64,000 nucleotides of DNA from Planctomycetota bacterium (GCA_038330085.1 JBBQNP010000002.1:20537-84536), one strand, 5' to 3'; numbered from the stretch's first letter, positions 1-10,291 are shown. Notes: a model not told the origin generated them from the sequence alone. Numbers and translations are program-made.

Positions 1-2740
1 ACTTCCCGTACCGCTCGTCGGCCAGCACGTCGTCGATGCGCAGGGATCCCTTGCCCTCGTACGTCGGCGCGAAGAGCGGCGTGGCGCGTGGCATGCCGAT
101 CTTCTCGAACGCTGAACGATCGGCCCCCGACAGCGTGTAGAGCAGGAACGAGTCGCCATCCTTGTCCGTCACGTTTTGGAAGTACGCGCCGAACTCCGCG
201 CCAGAGAGCGCCGTCGTCGAATCGGTGACTGACTGCACGAGCATCTGCAGGTCGAGGTCGGCGGCAATGGATTTGCCCGTCTCGTTGAGCAGGTTCAGCA
301 GCCGCGTTTCCTCCGACAAGGCCTCGCGTGCACGCTTGACCTCGTCCACGTCGGTGTTCGTTCCGAACCAGCGCACGATCCTGCCGTCGGAGTCGCGGAT
401 CGGCCGTATGCGCGTGAGGAACCAACGGAACTTCCCATCGATCCCCCGCAGCGGGAACTCCATCTCGAAGGGGACGCCCTCGCGCAAAGACTTGGTCCAC
501 TCTTCGATCACCCGCGGCAACACCTCGGGATCGTGCACCGACTTCCAGCCCCAGCCCTGCATCTCCTCGAGCGTGGTGCCGGTGTACTCGTACCACCCGA
601 GGTTGTACCACTGGATGTTGCCTTGGGCGTCCGCGACCCACGCGAGCTGCGGAATGGAGTCGGCGAGCGCGCGGAACTCTTCTTCGCTGCGCCGCAGCTC
701 GGCCTCCGCGCGCTTGCGATCCGTGATGTCGCGCGCGACCTTCGATGCGCCGACGATCTTGCCGGTGGAGTCCCGGATGGGCGACACCGTCAACGAGACG
801 TCGATGCGGCGACCTTCCTTCGTGACGCGCACGGTCTCGTAGTGATCGACGCGCTCGCCCCGTCGCTGGCGCGCGAGGATCCCGTCTTCTTCGACGTGGA
901 GCTCCGGCGGAATGAGGCGCTTCACCGACGTGCCGATCATCTCGTCCGGGCCGTATCCGAAGATGCGCTGGGCCCCGGAGTTCCACGTGCGCACGGTGCC
1001 GTCCAGGTCCTTGCTGATGATCGCGTCGTCGGATGACTCGACGACCGCGGCCATGCGCTGCTGCAGGAGCTCGAGCCGCTTGCGCTCGGTGACTTCCTGA
1101 ACGACGCCGATCATGCCGACCGCCGTCCCGTCAGCGGCGTAGATGCCGCAGCCCCTGGCCGCGATCCACGTCGCGTCACCAGCATCACGAGCCTTGGGAT
1201 CCACGCGGTACTCGACATCGTAGTCGGAGCGGTCGCGCAACGACTGCTCGACGGCAGCTTGAGTGCGATCCCGGTCGTCGGGATGCAGGCGATCTCTCAA
1301 CTCCGCCCACGTCGTCGGCGAACCCGGTACCAAGCCGAAGCACTCTGCAGCGCGCGGGCCCAACGTCACCACGTCCGTTGCGGCAACCCAAGACCAGTCC
1401 CCGAGTCGGCCCGCCGAAAGCGCGAGCTCGAGACGTTTCGCGCTCTCGCGCTCGCGCTCCTCCGAACGCTTACGCTGGGAGATGTCCTCGATGACGGCGA
1501 TGAAGCGCTCGGACTGGCCGAGTGCCGAGCGGATCATCGACACCGTCGTCAGGCTCCAGACGAGCGTGCCGTCCTTGTGCAAGTAGCGGTTTTCGAGCGT
1601 GAAATCAGTGATCTCCCCCCGCATCAGCCGCTCTACGTGCGCCCGCGTGACGGCCCTGTCGTCCTCGTAGGTGACGTCGAAGAACACGCGCGCACACAAC
1701 TCCGGCGCAGACCAGCCCAGGATCCGTTCCAGCCGACGATTGACCTGCGTGAAGCGACCGTCGAGGTTCGCGAGCGCCATCCCCACCGCAGCTTGTTCGA
1801 ACGTCGCGCGGACGCGCTGTTCGCTGTCCCGCAACGCTGCTTGCGCTCGCTCGTGCGTCGAGACGTCGATGAAGTAGCCGACGACGCCTTGCCTTCCATC
1901 GGGCAGCGTCAACCGGTGGATCTCCCAGTCGTAGTGTTCCTCGACGCCGGTGTCTCGTCGACGCGCACTGAAGCCGGTGGTCCTGGAGGACTCGCCGCTC
2001 TCCAGCGTGCGCCGGAACCGCGCGACGATCTCGTCCGCGACGGGCGCGGGCCACAGGTGCGACATGACATCGGACAAATCTCGGCCGATCACGGGCTCGA
2101 CGTGCGCGAGCATCGGCTGCGCGCTCGGGTTCGCTTGCCTCAAGCGCATGTTCGAATCGACGAGCAGGATGCAGACGGGCGAGTAGTGGATGATCGCCGA
2201 GAACTGCGCGTGGCTCGAGCGCAGCGCGGCCTCGTGGAACTTGCGCTCGGTGACGTCGCGGAAGCTCCAAACGCGGCCGACGATCTCGTCGTCGACGACC
2301 TGCACCGTCGAAGAACGCTCGATCACACGACCGTCGGTGAGATCGATCTGGTCGAAGCTGTCGAGCGCGGAACCCTCGATCTCGGCCAGCCGCGCGAGAA
2401 AGCGCGGCGCGTCATCGGTGAGGTGTGCGCGCGTCTCCCACAGCGGTGTTCGGTCCAGCGCAGAGAGCTTCTCGTGACTGACGCCCCATATCTGCAGGAG
2501 CTTGTCGTTGTGGTCGACGAACTCTCCGTTCGGACCCGTGACCAAGATGGCGTCTGTCGTCGATTCGAGCGTTGCGCGCAACGTGGACACCGATCGTGCG
2601 AGCTCCTTCGCGCGGGCCTCGAGCGCTTCCTTGGCCTGGACGAGTTCCTCCTCCGCGCGCTGCCGCGCCTGCAGGATGCTCGTGACGTTCTGCAGCGCCG
2701 TGGAACGCAGGCGTTCCTCTTCGTCCGTCGGCCCCTTCAT
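1..2740 (-). CDS. Multi-PAS / GAF sensory protein, N-terminal ~913 aa (probable sensor kinase; C-terminus lies beyond the left window edge)
   Basis: Absent from the ORF track because it is open at the window edge. My own minus-strand translation from ATG 2740-2738 reads MKGPTDEEERLRSTALQNVTSILQARQRAEEELVQAKEALEARAKELARS... It stays open down to nt 2 (...AFEKIGMPRATPLFAPTYEGKGSLRIDDVLADERYGK). Several PAS-like blocks each close with a (D/E)(V/I)T(E/D)RK linker (FRDVTERKFHEAAL, IEDISQRKRSEE, VQEVTERKRLE, ARDITDRKRAEAEL), followed by a GAF-like start. The plus-strand ORFs here (e.g. 1259..3001) are Arg-rich shadows. Confidence 0.8.
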   Translation of the reverse strand, partial: MKGPTDEEERLRSTALQNVTSILQARQRAEEELVQAKEALEARAKELARSVSTLRATLESTTDAILVTGPNGEFVDHNDKLLQIWGVSHEKLSALDRTPLWETRAHLTDDAPRFLARLAEIEGSALDSFDQIDLTDGRVIERSSTVQVVDDEIVGRVWSFRDVTERKFHEAALRSSHAQFSAIIHYSPVCILLVDSNMRLRQANPSAQPMLAHVEPVIGRDLSDVMSHLWPAPVADEIVARFRRTLESGESSRTTGFSARRRDTGVEEHYDWEIHRLTLPDGRQGVVGYFIDVSTHERAQAALRDSEQRVRATFEQAAVGMALANLDGRFTQVNRRLERILGWSAPELCARVFFDVTYEDDRAVTRAHVERLMRGEITDFTLENRYLHKDGTLVWSLTTVSMIRSALGQSERFIAVIEDISQRKRSEERERESAKRLELALSAGRLGDWSWVAATDVVTLGPRAAECFGLVPGSPTTWAELRDRLHPDDRDRTQAAVEQSLRDRSDYDVEYRVDPKARDAGDATWIAARGCGIYAADGTAVGMIGVVQEVTERKRLELLQQRMAAVVESSDDAIISKDLDGTVRTWNSGAQRIFGYGPDEMIGTSVKRLIPPELHVEEDGILARQRRGERVDHYETVRVTKEGRRIDVSLTVSPIRDSTGKIVGASKVARDITDRKRAEAELRRSEEEFRALADSIPQLAWVADAQGNIQWYNLGWYEYTGTTLEEMQGWGWKSVHDPEVLPRVIEEWTKSLREGVPFEMEFPLRGIDGKFRWFLTRIRPIRDSDGRIVRWFGTNTDVDEVKRAREALSEETRLLNLLNETGKSIAADLDLQMLVQSVTDSTTALSGAEFGAYFQNVTDKDGDSFLLYTLSGADRSAFEKIGMPRATPLFAPTYEGKGSLRIDDVLADERYGK

Positions 2741-3819
2741 CAGCCAGTTCCGAGCGAGTTGGACGCTCCGAGCGATTCCGAAGCCAGTCGCGTGCCTTCG
2801 ACGCGCGCGCGGATCTTCTGGAAGGCCTTGTCGCGCGTCGTCGACGTGTCGTCGCAGAACGGCGAGAACCCGCAGTCGTCTGTCGTGCCCAAGCGGTCGA
2901 GCGGGATGTACTCCGCGGCTTCGATCACGCGCTCGCGGATCTCTTCGGGCGACTCGACGCGCGGATCGATCGGGGCCACGACGCCGACGAAGACGTGCTG
3001 ATCGGGCTTGCGGTGCTCGCGGATGATTTCGAGCACGCGCGTGCGGTCTCTCTCACCGGCGAGCGCGACGTAGAAGTTGCCGGCCTTGAGCTCGAACAGG
3101 CTCGGCAGGAGGTCCGCGTAGTCGACGTCGGCGCTGTGCGTCGAATCCATGTCGCCGCCGGGACAGGTGTGCACGCCGATCGACATGCGTTCCGCCGCGG
3201 TGAAGCTCGCGAGCCCGAGGTTGTTCAGGTCGATGAAGCTGTGCAGCAGGTTGCCGGTCGGGTCGATCTTGACCGCCAGACGCGCTTCCGTGAAGTCGAT
3301 CTGCACCTTGCAAGCACCCTTCGCGAGGCATGCACGCACTTCGGAGACGTGCTCGCTCAACAGGTCCTCGATGAACTGCTCGCGCGAGTAATCAGGAATC
3401 GGCTCGGCGGGATACATGAGGCTCAGCGCTGAGGGCGAGATCACAGCTTGCTTGATGGGACGGTGCGCGTAACGCCTCGCGACGTCGAGGTGAGCGTCGG
3501 CGCGGTTGCGATACCGGAACGGACCTGCGGTGAGACGCGGCATTCGGCGCACGTGGCCGGCCGTGAACGGGATCTGGAAACCGTCCGGTGCCGTGTTCGC
3601 GAGACCGTGGACGGCGTACGTCCAGAAGTTGTGGTACTTCCACTGCTCGCCGTCGGTGATCACCGGCGAGCCGGTCGCTTCGAAGCGTTCGATCGTGTCA
3701 CGGACAGCCGCTTCGTAGAGTGCGTCGAGCTTGGGATCGTTGCCGTCGGTGGCCGCTGCGGCGCGGATCAACTCGACCGGGCGCGGGATGCTCCCAATCG
3801 GTTCGGTGGGAATCGCCAT
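2740..3819 (-). CDS. Cobalamin-independent methionine synthase (MetE C-terminal / UROD-like) family protein
   Basis: ORF 2740..3888(-). The likely start is the internal MAIPTEPIGSIPRP (ATG at 3819). Family hallmarks are the GVHTCPGG (His/Cys metal-ligand region) and TTDDCGFSPF (second Cys ligand) motifs. Its stop overlaps the ATG of the downstream PAS gene (TGATG, 2738-2742). Confidence 0.8.
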   Translation of the reverse strand: MAIPTEPIGSIPRPVELIRAAAATDGNDPKLDALYEAAVRDTIERFEATGSPVITDGEQWKYHNFWTYAVHGLANTAPDGFQIPFTAGHVRRMPRLTAGPFRYRNRADAHLDVARRYAHRPIKQAVISPSALSLMYPAEPIPDYSREQFIEDLLSEHVSEVRACLAKGACKVQIDFTEARLAVKIDPTGNLLHSFIDLNNLGLASFTAAERMSIGVHTCPGGDMDSTHSADVDYADLLPSLFELKAGNFYVALAGERDRTRVLEIIREHRKPDQHVFVGVVAPIDPRVESPEEIRERVIEAAEYIPLDRLGTTDDCGFSPFCDDTSTTRDKAFQKIRARVEGTRLASESLGASNSLGTG

Positions 3820-4014
3820 GGCATCCAGGATAGCGTGCGCAGTCCGTGCCGCCGACGAAGTTGGGCCCCCGCCGCCGCCTTGGGGCACGCGGATCGTGGC
3901 TCATGCGTCCGCCCGTTACGCTCAGGGTGAATGCGGCCGGTCGGGGATGCGCCCCAGCCGCCCTTGCACCTCGAAAAGACCGCGCGAAGTCGTGCTCGAC
4001 CTGGAGTCGTCGCC

Positions 4015-4926
4015 ATGCCCATCCGTCCCATCCAACGCATCTCCCAGTCGCAACCCACGCTCGAAGGCGCCGGTGTGCGGCTTCGCCGCGCGTTCGGCTT
4101 CGGCACGACGAACGAGTTCGATCCGTTCCTCCTGCTCGACGACTTCCGCAACGAACGGCCGGAGGACTACGAAGCGGGCTTTCCGTGGCACCCGCACCGC
4201 GGCATGGAGACGATCACGTACGTGCTCGCCGGGAGCGTCGAGCACATGGACAGCCTGGGCAACCGCGGTGCGATGGGACCGGGCGACGTGCAGTTGATGA
4301 CTGCCGGCAGCGGCATCTTGCACCAGGAGATGCCGAAGGGCGACGCGCGCGGTCGCATGCACGGCTTCCAGCTGTGGGCCAACTTGCCGAGCAAGCACAA
4401 GATGACGGAGCCGCGCTATCAGGACATTCCGGCGCGCGACATTCCGGAGGTGACGGAAGACGACGGCACGCGCGCGCGCGTCATCTGCGGCGAGTTTTGG
4501 GGCGCGAAGGGGCCGGTCGAGGGCGTCGCCGCGAACCCGCGCTATCTCGACGTGTCCGTTCCGCCGCGCGTGAAGCGCACGCTGCCGATCGAAACGACGC
4601 GTCATGCGTTCGCGTACGTGTTCGAAGGCAGCGGGACGTTTCGGGATGCGTCCGAGCCTTCTGCCTTGAAGGGCTCCGTGAAGACGGAGCGTGCGGGCGA
4701 TCACGGACGGATGGACGATGCGACGAACCGCTCGCTGGTGCTGTTCGGCAACGGCGACGAGATCGTCGTGCAGGCAGGTGATGAAGGGATGCGGTTCTTG
4801 TTGGTGTCGGGCGAGCCGATCGCGGAACCGGTCGCGTGGCAGGGTCCGATCGTGATGAACACGCAGGAGGAGTTGGCGCGCGCGTTCGCGGAGTTGCAGT
4901 CGGGCACGTTCATTCGACAGCGCTGA
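4015..4926 (+). CDS. Pirin family protein (bicupin)
   Basis: ORF 3931..4926(+), with the start taken at MPIRPIQRISQ (ATG 4015). It has the pirin N-terminal cupin motif GFPWHPHRGMETITYVL and a typical length of about 300 aa. Confidence 0.85.
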   Translation: MPIRPIQRISQSQPTLEGAGVRLRRAFGFGTTNEFDPFLLLDDFRNERPEDYEAGFPWHPHRGMETITYVLAGSVEHMDSLGNRGAMGPGDVQLMTAGSGILHQEMPKGDARGRMHGFQLWANLPSKHKMTEPRYQDIPARDIPEVTEDDGTRARVICGEFWGAKGPVEGVAANPRYLDVSVPPRVKRTLPIETTRHAFAYVFEGSGTFRDASEPSALKGSVKTERAGDHGRMDDATNRSLVLFGNGDEIVVQAGDEGMRFLLVSGEPIAEPVAWQGPIVMNTQEELARAFAELQSGTFIRQR

Positions 4927-4961
4927 CCGTCGTCGAAAAGCGGAGCATTCCGACGACCGTC
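4926..4961. terminator. Possible bidirectional hairpin between convergent pirin and amidohydrolase genes
   Basis: Arms GTCGTCG / CGACGAC (7 bp) with a ~15-nt loop span the 33-nt gap between the two stop codons. There is no U-tract. Confidence 0.25.
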
Positions 4962-5769
4962 AGGCCGGCAATTCGATCTTGAACAGCTTCGCGGCGGTGC
5001 GCCAGCCGATGCTCTCGCGCTGCTCGGGCGTCAGCTCCAGGCTTTCGAAGAACTTCACGTACGGTCCCATGCGCACGAGCGGCCAGTCGCTGCCGAACAT
5101 GAGCTGACGACCGGGATCGCCCATGTACATGATCATGTCCTTCACGCGCTGCACCATGTAACGCTCGAACTCGTAGGTGAAATCGCCGAGCGTCAGCCCC
5201 GACATGTCCGCGTACACGTTATCGTTCTTGTAGAGCACCTCGGCCGTGTCCTGGAACCACGGACTTCCCAGGTGGCAGATCACGAACCTCACGTCGGGAT
5301 AATCGACCGCCAGATCGTCGACCAGCAGCGGATGCGCGTGACGCACCTTGGCGGTCTTGCTGTAGGTGTCGCCCGCGTGGACCATCACGGGAACGCCGTG
5401 CTTTGCCGCGATGCGCATCACCGTCTCGAGCGACGGATCGTTGATCGCGTAGTTCTCGTAGCCCGGATAGAGCTTGATCCCCTTCACGCGGCCGGCGGCG
5501 ATGCGCTGCTCCATCGTGAACAGATCCGTGCGCTTCTCGCCGCGCCAGCACAAACCCTCGACCACCGTCGTGCGCGGATCCTGGTGCAGGATGTCGAGCA
5601 CTTCCTCGATGCTCGGCCGATCGACGTCTACTTTGTAGGACGTGATGACGACGGCGTGGTCGATGCCGTGCTGCGCCATCTTGTCGAAGAGCTCCTGGAC
5701 GTTCTCCTTCGTCGGACGCCGCTCGCTCTCGTGGTAGTTGTTGAGGTGGACGTGGCAGTCGATCAACAT
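4960..5769 (-). CDS. Metal-dependent amidohydrolase (TIM-barrel, amidohydrolase-2-like)
   Basis: ORF 4960..5769(-). It has the N-terminal MLIDCHVHL (HxH metal motif), an internal HAGD and ICHLG, and a C-terminal FGSDWP (Asp ligand). Confidence 0.8.
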   Translation of the reverse strand: MLIDCHVHLNNYHESERRPTKENVQELFDKMAQHGIDHAVVITSYKVDVDRPSIEEVLDILHQDPRTTVVEGLCWRGEKRTDLFTMEQRIAAGRVKGIKLYPGYENYAINDPSLETVMRIAAKHGVPVMVHAGDTYSKTAKVRHAHPLLVDDLAVDYPDVRFVICHLGSPWFQDTAEVLYKNDNVYADMSGLTLGDFTYEFERYMVQRVKDMIMYMGDPGRQLMFGSDWPLVRMGPYVKFFESLELTPEQRESIGWRTAAKLFKIELPA

Positions 5770-5911
5770 CGGGCGTTTTCCATTCGTCGAAGCGCTGTGA
5801 ACGGCGCACGAGGATTCTGCGATCTGGCCCTGCTCGGCTGCAAGCAGGGCCAGAGTTCATTTCGAGGAGCGAACCGTAGGTGAAGCTCGCGCTTCGACAT
5901 ATCCTGGCTGG

Positions 5912-7543
5912 GTGGCGAACGAACAAGACAGGCGGAATGAAGACATCGTGCGCGGGCCCGAAGCGCGCATCGTCGAGGGGGTCGCCGGCATTCGGCTCGA
6001 GGACTTCGAGAACAAGATCCGCGTGCGTCCGCTCACGATCGACGACTTCGACGCTCTGATCGAGATGCAGACGGCCAGCTTTCCCGGCATGCAGACGTGG
6101 CACCGGGAACAGATCGAGAGCCAGATGCGCGTATTCCCTGCCGGGCAACTGTGCATCGAATACCGCGGCGAAATCGTCGCTTCGGCGAGCAGCCTGATCG
6201 TCGACTTCGACGAGTACTCCGACTGGCACAACTGGCGCGAGATCTCGTCGGGCGGAACGATCGCCAACCACGATCCCGAGGGCGACACGCTCTACGGCAT
6301 CGAGATCATGGTGCATCCGGAATTCCGGGGCTTGAAGCTCGCGCGCCGCCTCTACGAAGCGCGCAAGAACCTCGCGCGTCGCTTCAACCTGGCACGCATC
6401 ATCATCGGCGGCCGCATCCCGGGATACGGCAAGAACGCAGAGGAAATGAGCGCGCGCGACTACGTCGAGAAGGTGATGAAGCGCGGCATGTACGACCCCG
6501 TCTTGACGACGCAGCTCGCCAACGGCTTCGTGCTCAAGCGCCTGATCCCCGACTACATGCCGACCGATCTCGAATCGCGCGGCTATGCAACGTTCCTCGA
6601 GTGGACGAACTTCGACTACGTCCCCGATCCCAAGCGCACGTTGCAGGCCGTCGCGCTCGTGCGCATCTGCGCCGTGCAGTACCAGATGCGCCTGATCCAC
6701 AGCTTCGAGGAGTTCGCGACGCAGTGCGAGTACTTCGTCGACACCGCGTCGGAGAAGCGCTCGGACTTCGTCGTGTTTCCCGAACTCCTCACGACACAGC
6801 TCCTCTCCTTCATCAAGGCGTCAGCCCCCAGCGAATCGGTTCGTCGTCTCGACGAGATCACGCCGCGCTACCTCGAGCTCTTCTCACGCCTCTCCATCAA
6901 GCACAACGTCAACATCATCGGCGGTTCGCAGTTCAGCGTGGAGAACGGTGAGCTGCACAACGTGTCGTACCTCTTCCGCCGCGACGGCACGATCGGCAAG
7001 CAGTACAAGCTCCACGTCACGCCCAGCGAGCGTCGTTGGTGGGGCGTGCAACCCGGGAACACGCTCGAAGTGTTCGACACGGACCGCGGCAAGATCGCGA
7101 TCCTCATCTGCTACGACATCGAGTTTCCCGAGATCGCGCGCATCGCGGTGGGCAAGGGCGCGCAGATCCTGTTCGTGCCGTTCAACACCGAGGATCGCGA
7201 GGGCTACCTGCGCGTGCGCTACTGCGCACAGGCACGCTGCGTCGAGAACCACGTGTACGTCGCGATCTCCGGTTGCGTCGGGAACCTGCCCTTCGTCGAC
7301 AACGCCGACGTGCACTACGGTCAGTCGGGCATCTTCACGCCGTCCGACGTCTCGTTCGCGCGCGACGGCATCGCGGCGGAGTGCACGCCGAACATCGAGA
7401 CGCTCGTGATCCACGACGTCGACGTCGAGCTCCTGCGTCGCCGCAAGATGCGCGGGACCGTGCAGAACTGGGAGGACCGTCGCACGGACCTCTACCGCGT
7501 GAACTACAACGAAGGTCCTGGAACGCCCGAGCGCCAGGTCTGA
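5912..7543 (+). CDS. Bifunctional GNAT N-acetyltransferase / carbon-nitrogen hydrolase (nitrilase superfamily) fusion protein
   Basis: ORF 5912..7543(+), GTG start. The N-terminal half is GNAT-like ([23 protein letters not shown]). The C-terminal half carries the nitrilase E-K-C triad context (VVFPELL ... YKLHVTP ... [11 protein letters not shown]). Confidence 0.85.
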   Translation: MANEQDRRNEDIVRGPEARIVEGVAGIRLEDFENKIRVRPLTIDDFDALIEMQTASFPGMQTWHREQIESQMRVFPAGQLCIEYRGEIVASASSLIVDFDEYSDWHNWREISSGGTIANHDPEGDTLYGIEIMVHPEFRGLKLARRLYEARKNLARRFNLARIIIGGRIPGYGKNAEEMSARDYVEKVMKRGMYDPVLTTQLANGFVLKRLIPDYMPTDLESRGYATFLEWTNFDYVPDPKRTLQAVALVRICAVQYQMRLIHSFEEFATQCEYFVDTASEKRSDFVVFPELLTTQLLSFIKASAPSESVRRLDEITPRYLELFSRLSIKHNVNIIGGSQFSVENGELHNVSYLFRRDGTIGKQYKLHVTPSERRWWGVQPGNTLEVFDTDRGKIAILICYDIEFPEIARIAVGKGAQILFVPFNTEDREGYLRVRYCAQARCVENHVYVAISGCVGNLPFVDNADVHYGQSGIFTPSDVSFARDGIAAECTPNIETLVIHDVDVELLRRRKMRGTVQNWEDRRTDLYRVNYNEGPGTPERQV

Positions 7544-7546
7544 TCG

Positions 7547-8491
7547 TCAACGATCCGCGTCACCGTCGACCGGGTCGCGGCGACCGCCGGACTGCAGCGC
7601 GCTCAACAGCTCCGGAGCGAGGTGCAGGTCGAGCTGCGGGAACGCGAACGAGATCTCGGCCTGCTTGAACGCGCTCCAGATCGCCTCGTTGAGCTGTGAG
7701 ATGAGCTGGCGCGAGCGCCACGGGTCCTCGATCCAGATCGAGACCTCGAAGTTGACCGAGCTCGCTCCGAAATCGGTCATCAGCACGCGCGGGTCCTTCG
7801 AGGCCTCCCTGGCCGCGAAGTTACGCGCTGTGGTCTCGAGCACCTTGCGCACGTGTGCCATGTCGGACGAATAGGCGACGCCGACGACGGTGCGCACCCT
7901 GTAGAGCGAATCGCGCAGCGTGTAGTTCTTCACCGTCGACGTGACGAGCAGCGAGTTCGGGATGATCACGTCCTCGTCGTCGCGCGTGCGCGCGATCGTC
8001 GCGCGAATGCCCATCTTCACGACGCGCACCACGCGACCTTCGACCTCGAGCACGTCCTCGGGCGTGATCGAGCGTTCGACCATCAGGATGACGCCCGACA
8101 CGAAGTTCTCGGACAGGTTCTGCAGCGCGAAGCCGATCACGACCGCGAACACAGCTCCCGCGGCGAACAGCGAAGTCAGCGTCAGGCCGACCAGGTTCAG
8201 CCCCACGAAGAGGCCGACGATCATGATCAGGTAGTGGACGAGGCGTTTGATGACCGCCTGTCCGCCGTGATCGGTGACGGAGCGCCGCTGGAAAGCCCGC
8301 GTGAGGGCGCTCTGCACGATCTTCGAAACCACCCACGCCGCGATGACGACCGCGACGATCACGATCACGTCGCCGACGGTCACCTTGTGGAAGATCTGCG
8401 CGTACCAGAACTTCTCCCACCAGCCTTCGGCTACACGAGCCGCGGCGGCTGCGTCGGAAGCCAGCGGTCCCTGAGTCGTGTCCTGCATCAC
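7547..8491 (-). CDS. Small-conductance mechanosensitive channel (MscS family)
   Basis: ORF 7547..8491(-). It has three N-terminal TM segments, then an MscS core (FAVVIGFALQNLSENFVSGVILMVERSITPEDVLEVEGRVVRVVKMGIRATIARTRDDEDVIIPNS). Confidence 0.85.
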   Translation of the reverse strand: MMQDTTQGPLASDAAAAARVAEGWWEKFWYAQIFHKVTVGDVIVIVAVVIAAWVVSKIVQSALTRAFQRRSVTDHGGQAVIKRLVHYLIMIVGLFVGLNLVGLTLTSLFAAGAVFAVVIGFALQNLSENFVSGVILMVERSITPEDVLEVEGRVVRVVKMGIRATIARTRDDEDVIIPNSLLVTSTVKNYTLRDSLYRVRTVVGVAYSSDMAHVRKVLETTARNFAAREASKDPRVLMTDFGASSVNFEVSIWIEDPWRSRQLISQLNEAIWSAFKQAEISFAFPQLDLHLAPELLSALQSGGRRDPVDGDADR

Positions 8492-8596
8492 TGCGCGGGA
8501 TTGTCACACACGCGCCTCGTACCGCGAAGCAATGAACGAAGAGCGGGCCCGCATACCGGCGATGAAGCTCGGCATCCGGGCCCGCTGCACACTCAG

Positions 8597-8620
8597 GTTC
8601 GCAGCTGAGGTCCTGCGAAC
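8597..8620 (-). terminator. Hairpin downstream of the secreted-protein gene
   Basis: GTTCGCAG-ctgaggtc-CTGCGAAC is a perfect 8-bp stem with an 8-nt loop, 13 nt beyond the stop at 8633. There is no clear U-tract. Confidence 0.35.
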
Positions 8621-8632
8621 GTGAGGTCCTGG

Positions 8633-10291
8633 TCAGTGCGGCGCCGGCAGGATCTCGAACAGGGTGTTGTCACCGTGCTGTTGCGTGTAGAAGACGCGCC
8701 AACCTCCGGTGAACGGCGTCGGGATCTGGGCGCCCAGGATCCCGCGGCGGCGCGCATCGCCGTCGGAGATGTGAATGCCCGTGATCTCGTTGTCACCGTC
8801 GTTCTGGAAGCCGTTGCCGCTGATGCCGCCGAGCCCCGAGTCGATCGCGGCCGTGGCGTCGCGACCCTGAGCGAGCAAACGGACGGGCGCGGGCGTCAAG
8901 ACGTTGCCGTAGTCGGAGGTCGTGTCGTAGACGAACGCCGAGTCGAGCGCGTTGTGTTGCCCGTGCAGCGAATCACCGCGGTCCTCGACGGCGACCAATT
9001 GCGTCGCGCTCCAGAACGCGAGGTTGTCGAACCCGGTGTGGTCGATGTCGCTGCGGTAGAAGATCGACAGCGTGCCATCCGCCACAGGGGAGCCGACCGT
9101 CTTCGTCCACACGAAGAGTCCGCCGAAACCGCCGTAGGCCGCGCCCGCTTCCGTGCTGGCGTTCGTGTCGCCGGTCTCGGTGAAGTAGAACTCGCCGAAG
9201 AGGCTTCCCGGGCGGAATGCGCCGTTCTCCGGACGCTTGAACGGCGTCGCATTCGCCAGCTTCGCGGCCGCATTGGCGACGAACGGCAGCGTGCCGTCGA
9301 TGTGCGTGTCGTGCACGGTCACCCAATGCGTCGCGAACGTCAGGCCGTACGTGTGGAGGTCGAGCACGTCCTGCGAGAGGATGTCGGCGTCCGCCTGCCC
9401 GGCATGGAACACGATCGGCTGACCCGGATGCGCGATCGAGATCACCTGCAGTGCCTGCAGCTTCCCGCCGCTCGTCAGGTGGGTGACGTCGTCCGGAATG
9501 TAGCGGTAGATGAAGCTGTTCGGCTGCTTCGCGTGGCTGTTCACCGCGCCCGCAGGCCCACCGATGTCCTCGACGATGTAGAGGTTGCCGTCCGAGTCGT
9601 TTTGAATGCCTTCGTACCCGCCGCGACCGAGGTAGCCGGAGATGTCCTGCACGACGGGCGGATAGGAAAAGCTCGCCTGCCACACGCCGCCGGAGGTGCC
9701 GTTTTCCGCAGTGAAAAGCAGCTGGCGGCAGAAAGGATCGAACGTCGAACCGTCGAACACGGGCAGCTTGTTGCCGAAAGTGTCCTGCGTCGCGAAGAGC
9801 GTGATGCGGTGCGCGGCGTCGGCGTCCAGGTTGACGCGCGTGATGTAGCCGGCCTTGTTGCCGCTCATCGGATCGGTGTATCCGTTCTCGTGACCCTGGA
9901 AGACGAAGTGCGTGCCGTAGTCGTAGACCGCGTCCGGACCGGTCTGGCCGGGGAGGATGAGATACGTGTTCTTGTCGGGCTCCGTCTTCGTCGCCTCGAT
10001 GACCGAGCCGGGCATCTGCACCGCGCCGGGAGCGGGAGTCTGCGGCCCGTTGCCGTCGTATCCGTAGAAGGGAATGTCGACCGTCGGGTTCTCGAGCGGG
10101 GACGAGCCCCTCACGATCGCGTACTCGATCAACTCAGGCGAGAGCACGTTGGGCACGGCGTTCCCGGTTGTCTTGGGGTTCGCGTGCGCGACTCCGGCAA
10201 ACGTGTTGCCGCTCGCCTGTGCGGCCTGGGGGATTGCCAACGCCGCGGTCGTCACGGCGACGCCGAAGCAGAGTTTCCTGCCTGAGATCAT
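8633..10291 (-). CDS. Secreted protein of unknown function (possibly beta-propeller, PhoX/DUF839-like)
   Basis: ORF 8633..10459(-). The start is taken at MISGRKLCFGVAVTTAALAIPQAAQA (ATG 10291), which gives a signal peptide and an AAGGA Shine-Dalgarno 8 nt upstream. Repeated GxxG/DG-rich strands are present (GGYEGIQNDSDGNLYIVEDIGG). Confidence 0.7.
   Translation of the reverse strand: MISGRKLCFGVAVTTAALAIPQAAQASGNTFAGVAHANPKTTGNAVPNVLSPELIEYAIVRGSSPLENPTVDIPFYGYDGNGPQTPAPGAVQMPGSVIEATKTEPDKNTYLILPGQTGPDAVYDYGTHFVFQGHENGYTDPMSGNKAGYITRVNLDADAAHRITLFATQDTFGNKLPVFDGSTFDPFCRQLLFTAENGTSGGVWQASFSYPPVVQDISGYLGRGGYEGIQNDSDGNLYIVEDIGGPAGAVNSHAKQPNSFIYRYIPDDVTHLTSGGKLQALQVISIAHPGQPIVFHAGQADADILSQDVLDLHTYGLTFATHWVTVHDTHIDGTLPFVANAAAKLANATPFKRPENGAFRPGSLFGEFYFTETGDTNASTEAGAAYGGFGGLFVWTKTVGSPVADGTLSIFYRSDIDHTGFDNLAFWSATQLVAVEDRGDSLHGQHNALDSAFVYDTTSDYGNVLTPAPVRLLAQGRDATAAIDSGLGGISGNGFQNDGDNEITGIHISDGDARRRGILGAQIPTPFTGGWRVFYTQQHGDNTLFEILPAPH

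Noticed and set aside
1259-3001. A 580-aa plus-strand ORF, and other ORFs in 160-2500
   Set aside because: They are antisense to the multi-PAS sensor, whose minus-strand frame is open over the whole 2.7 kb and reads as clean PAS repeats. The plus ORF is Arg/Leu/Asp-rich and spans the boundary of two real minus-strand genes.
3820-4014. A possible cobalamin or SAM riboswitch upstream of the MetE-like gene
   Set aside because: The 195-nt divergent spacer shows no B12-box-like or SAM-I-like conserved core that I can recognise. It is short once the pirin promoter is accounted for. An Infernal/Rfam scan would settle it.
8621-10285. A 554-aa plus-strand ORF
   Set aside because: It is a shadow of the secreted-protein gene on the minus strand, which has a signal peptide, an RBS and a balanced composition.
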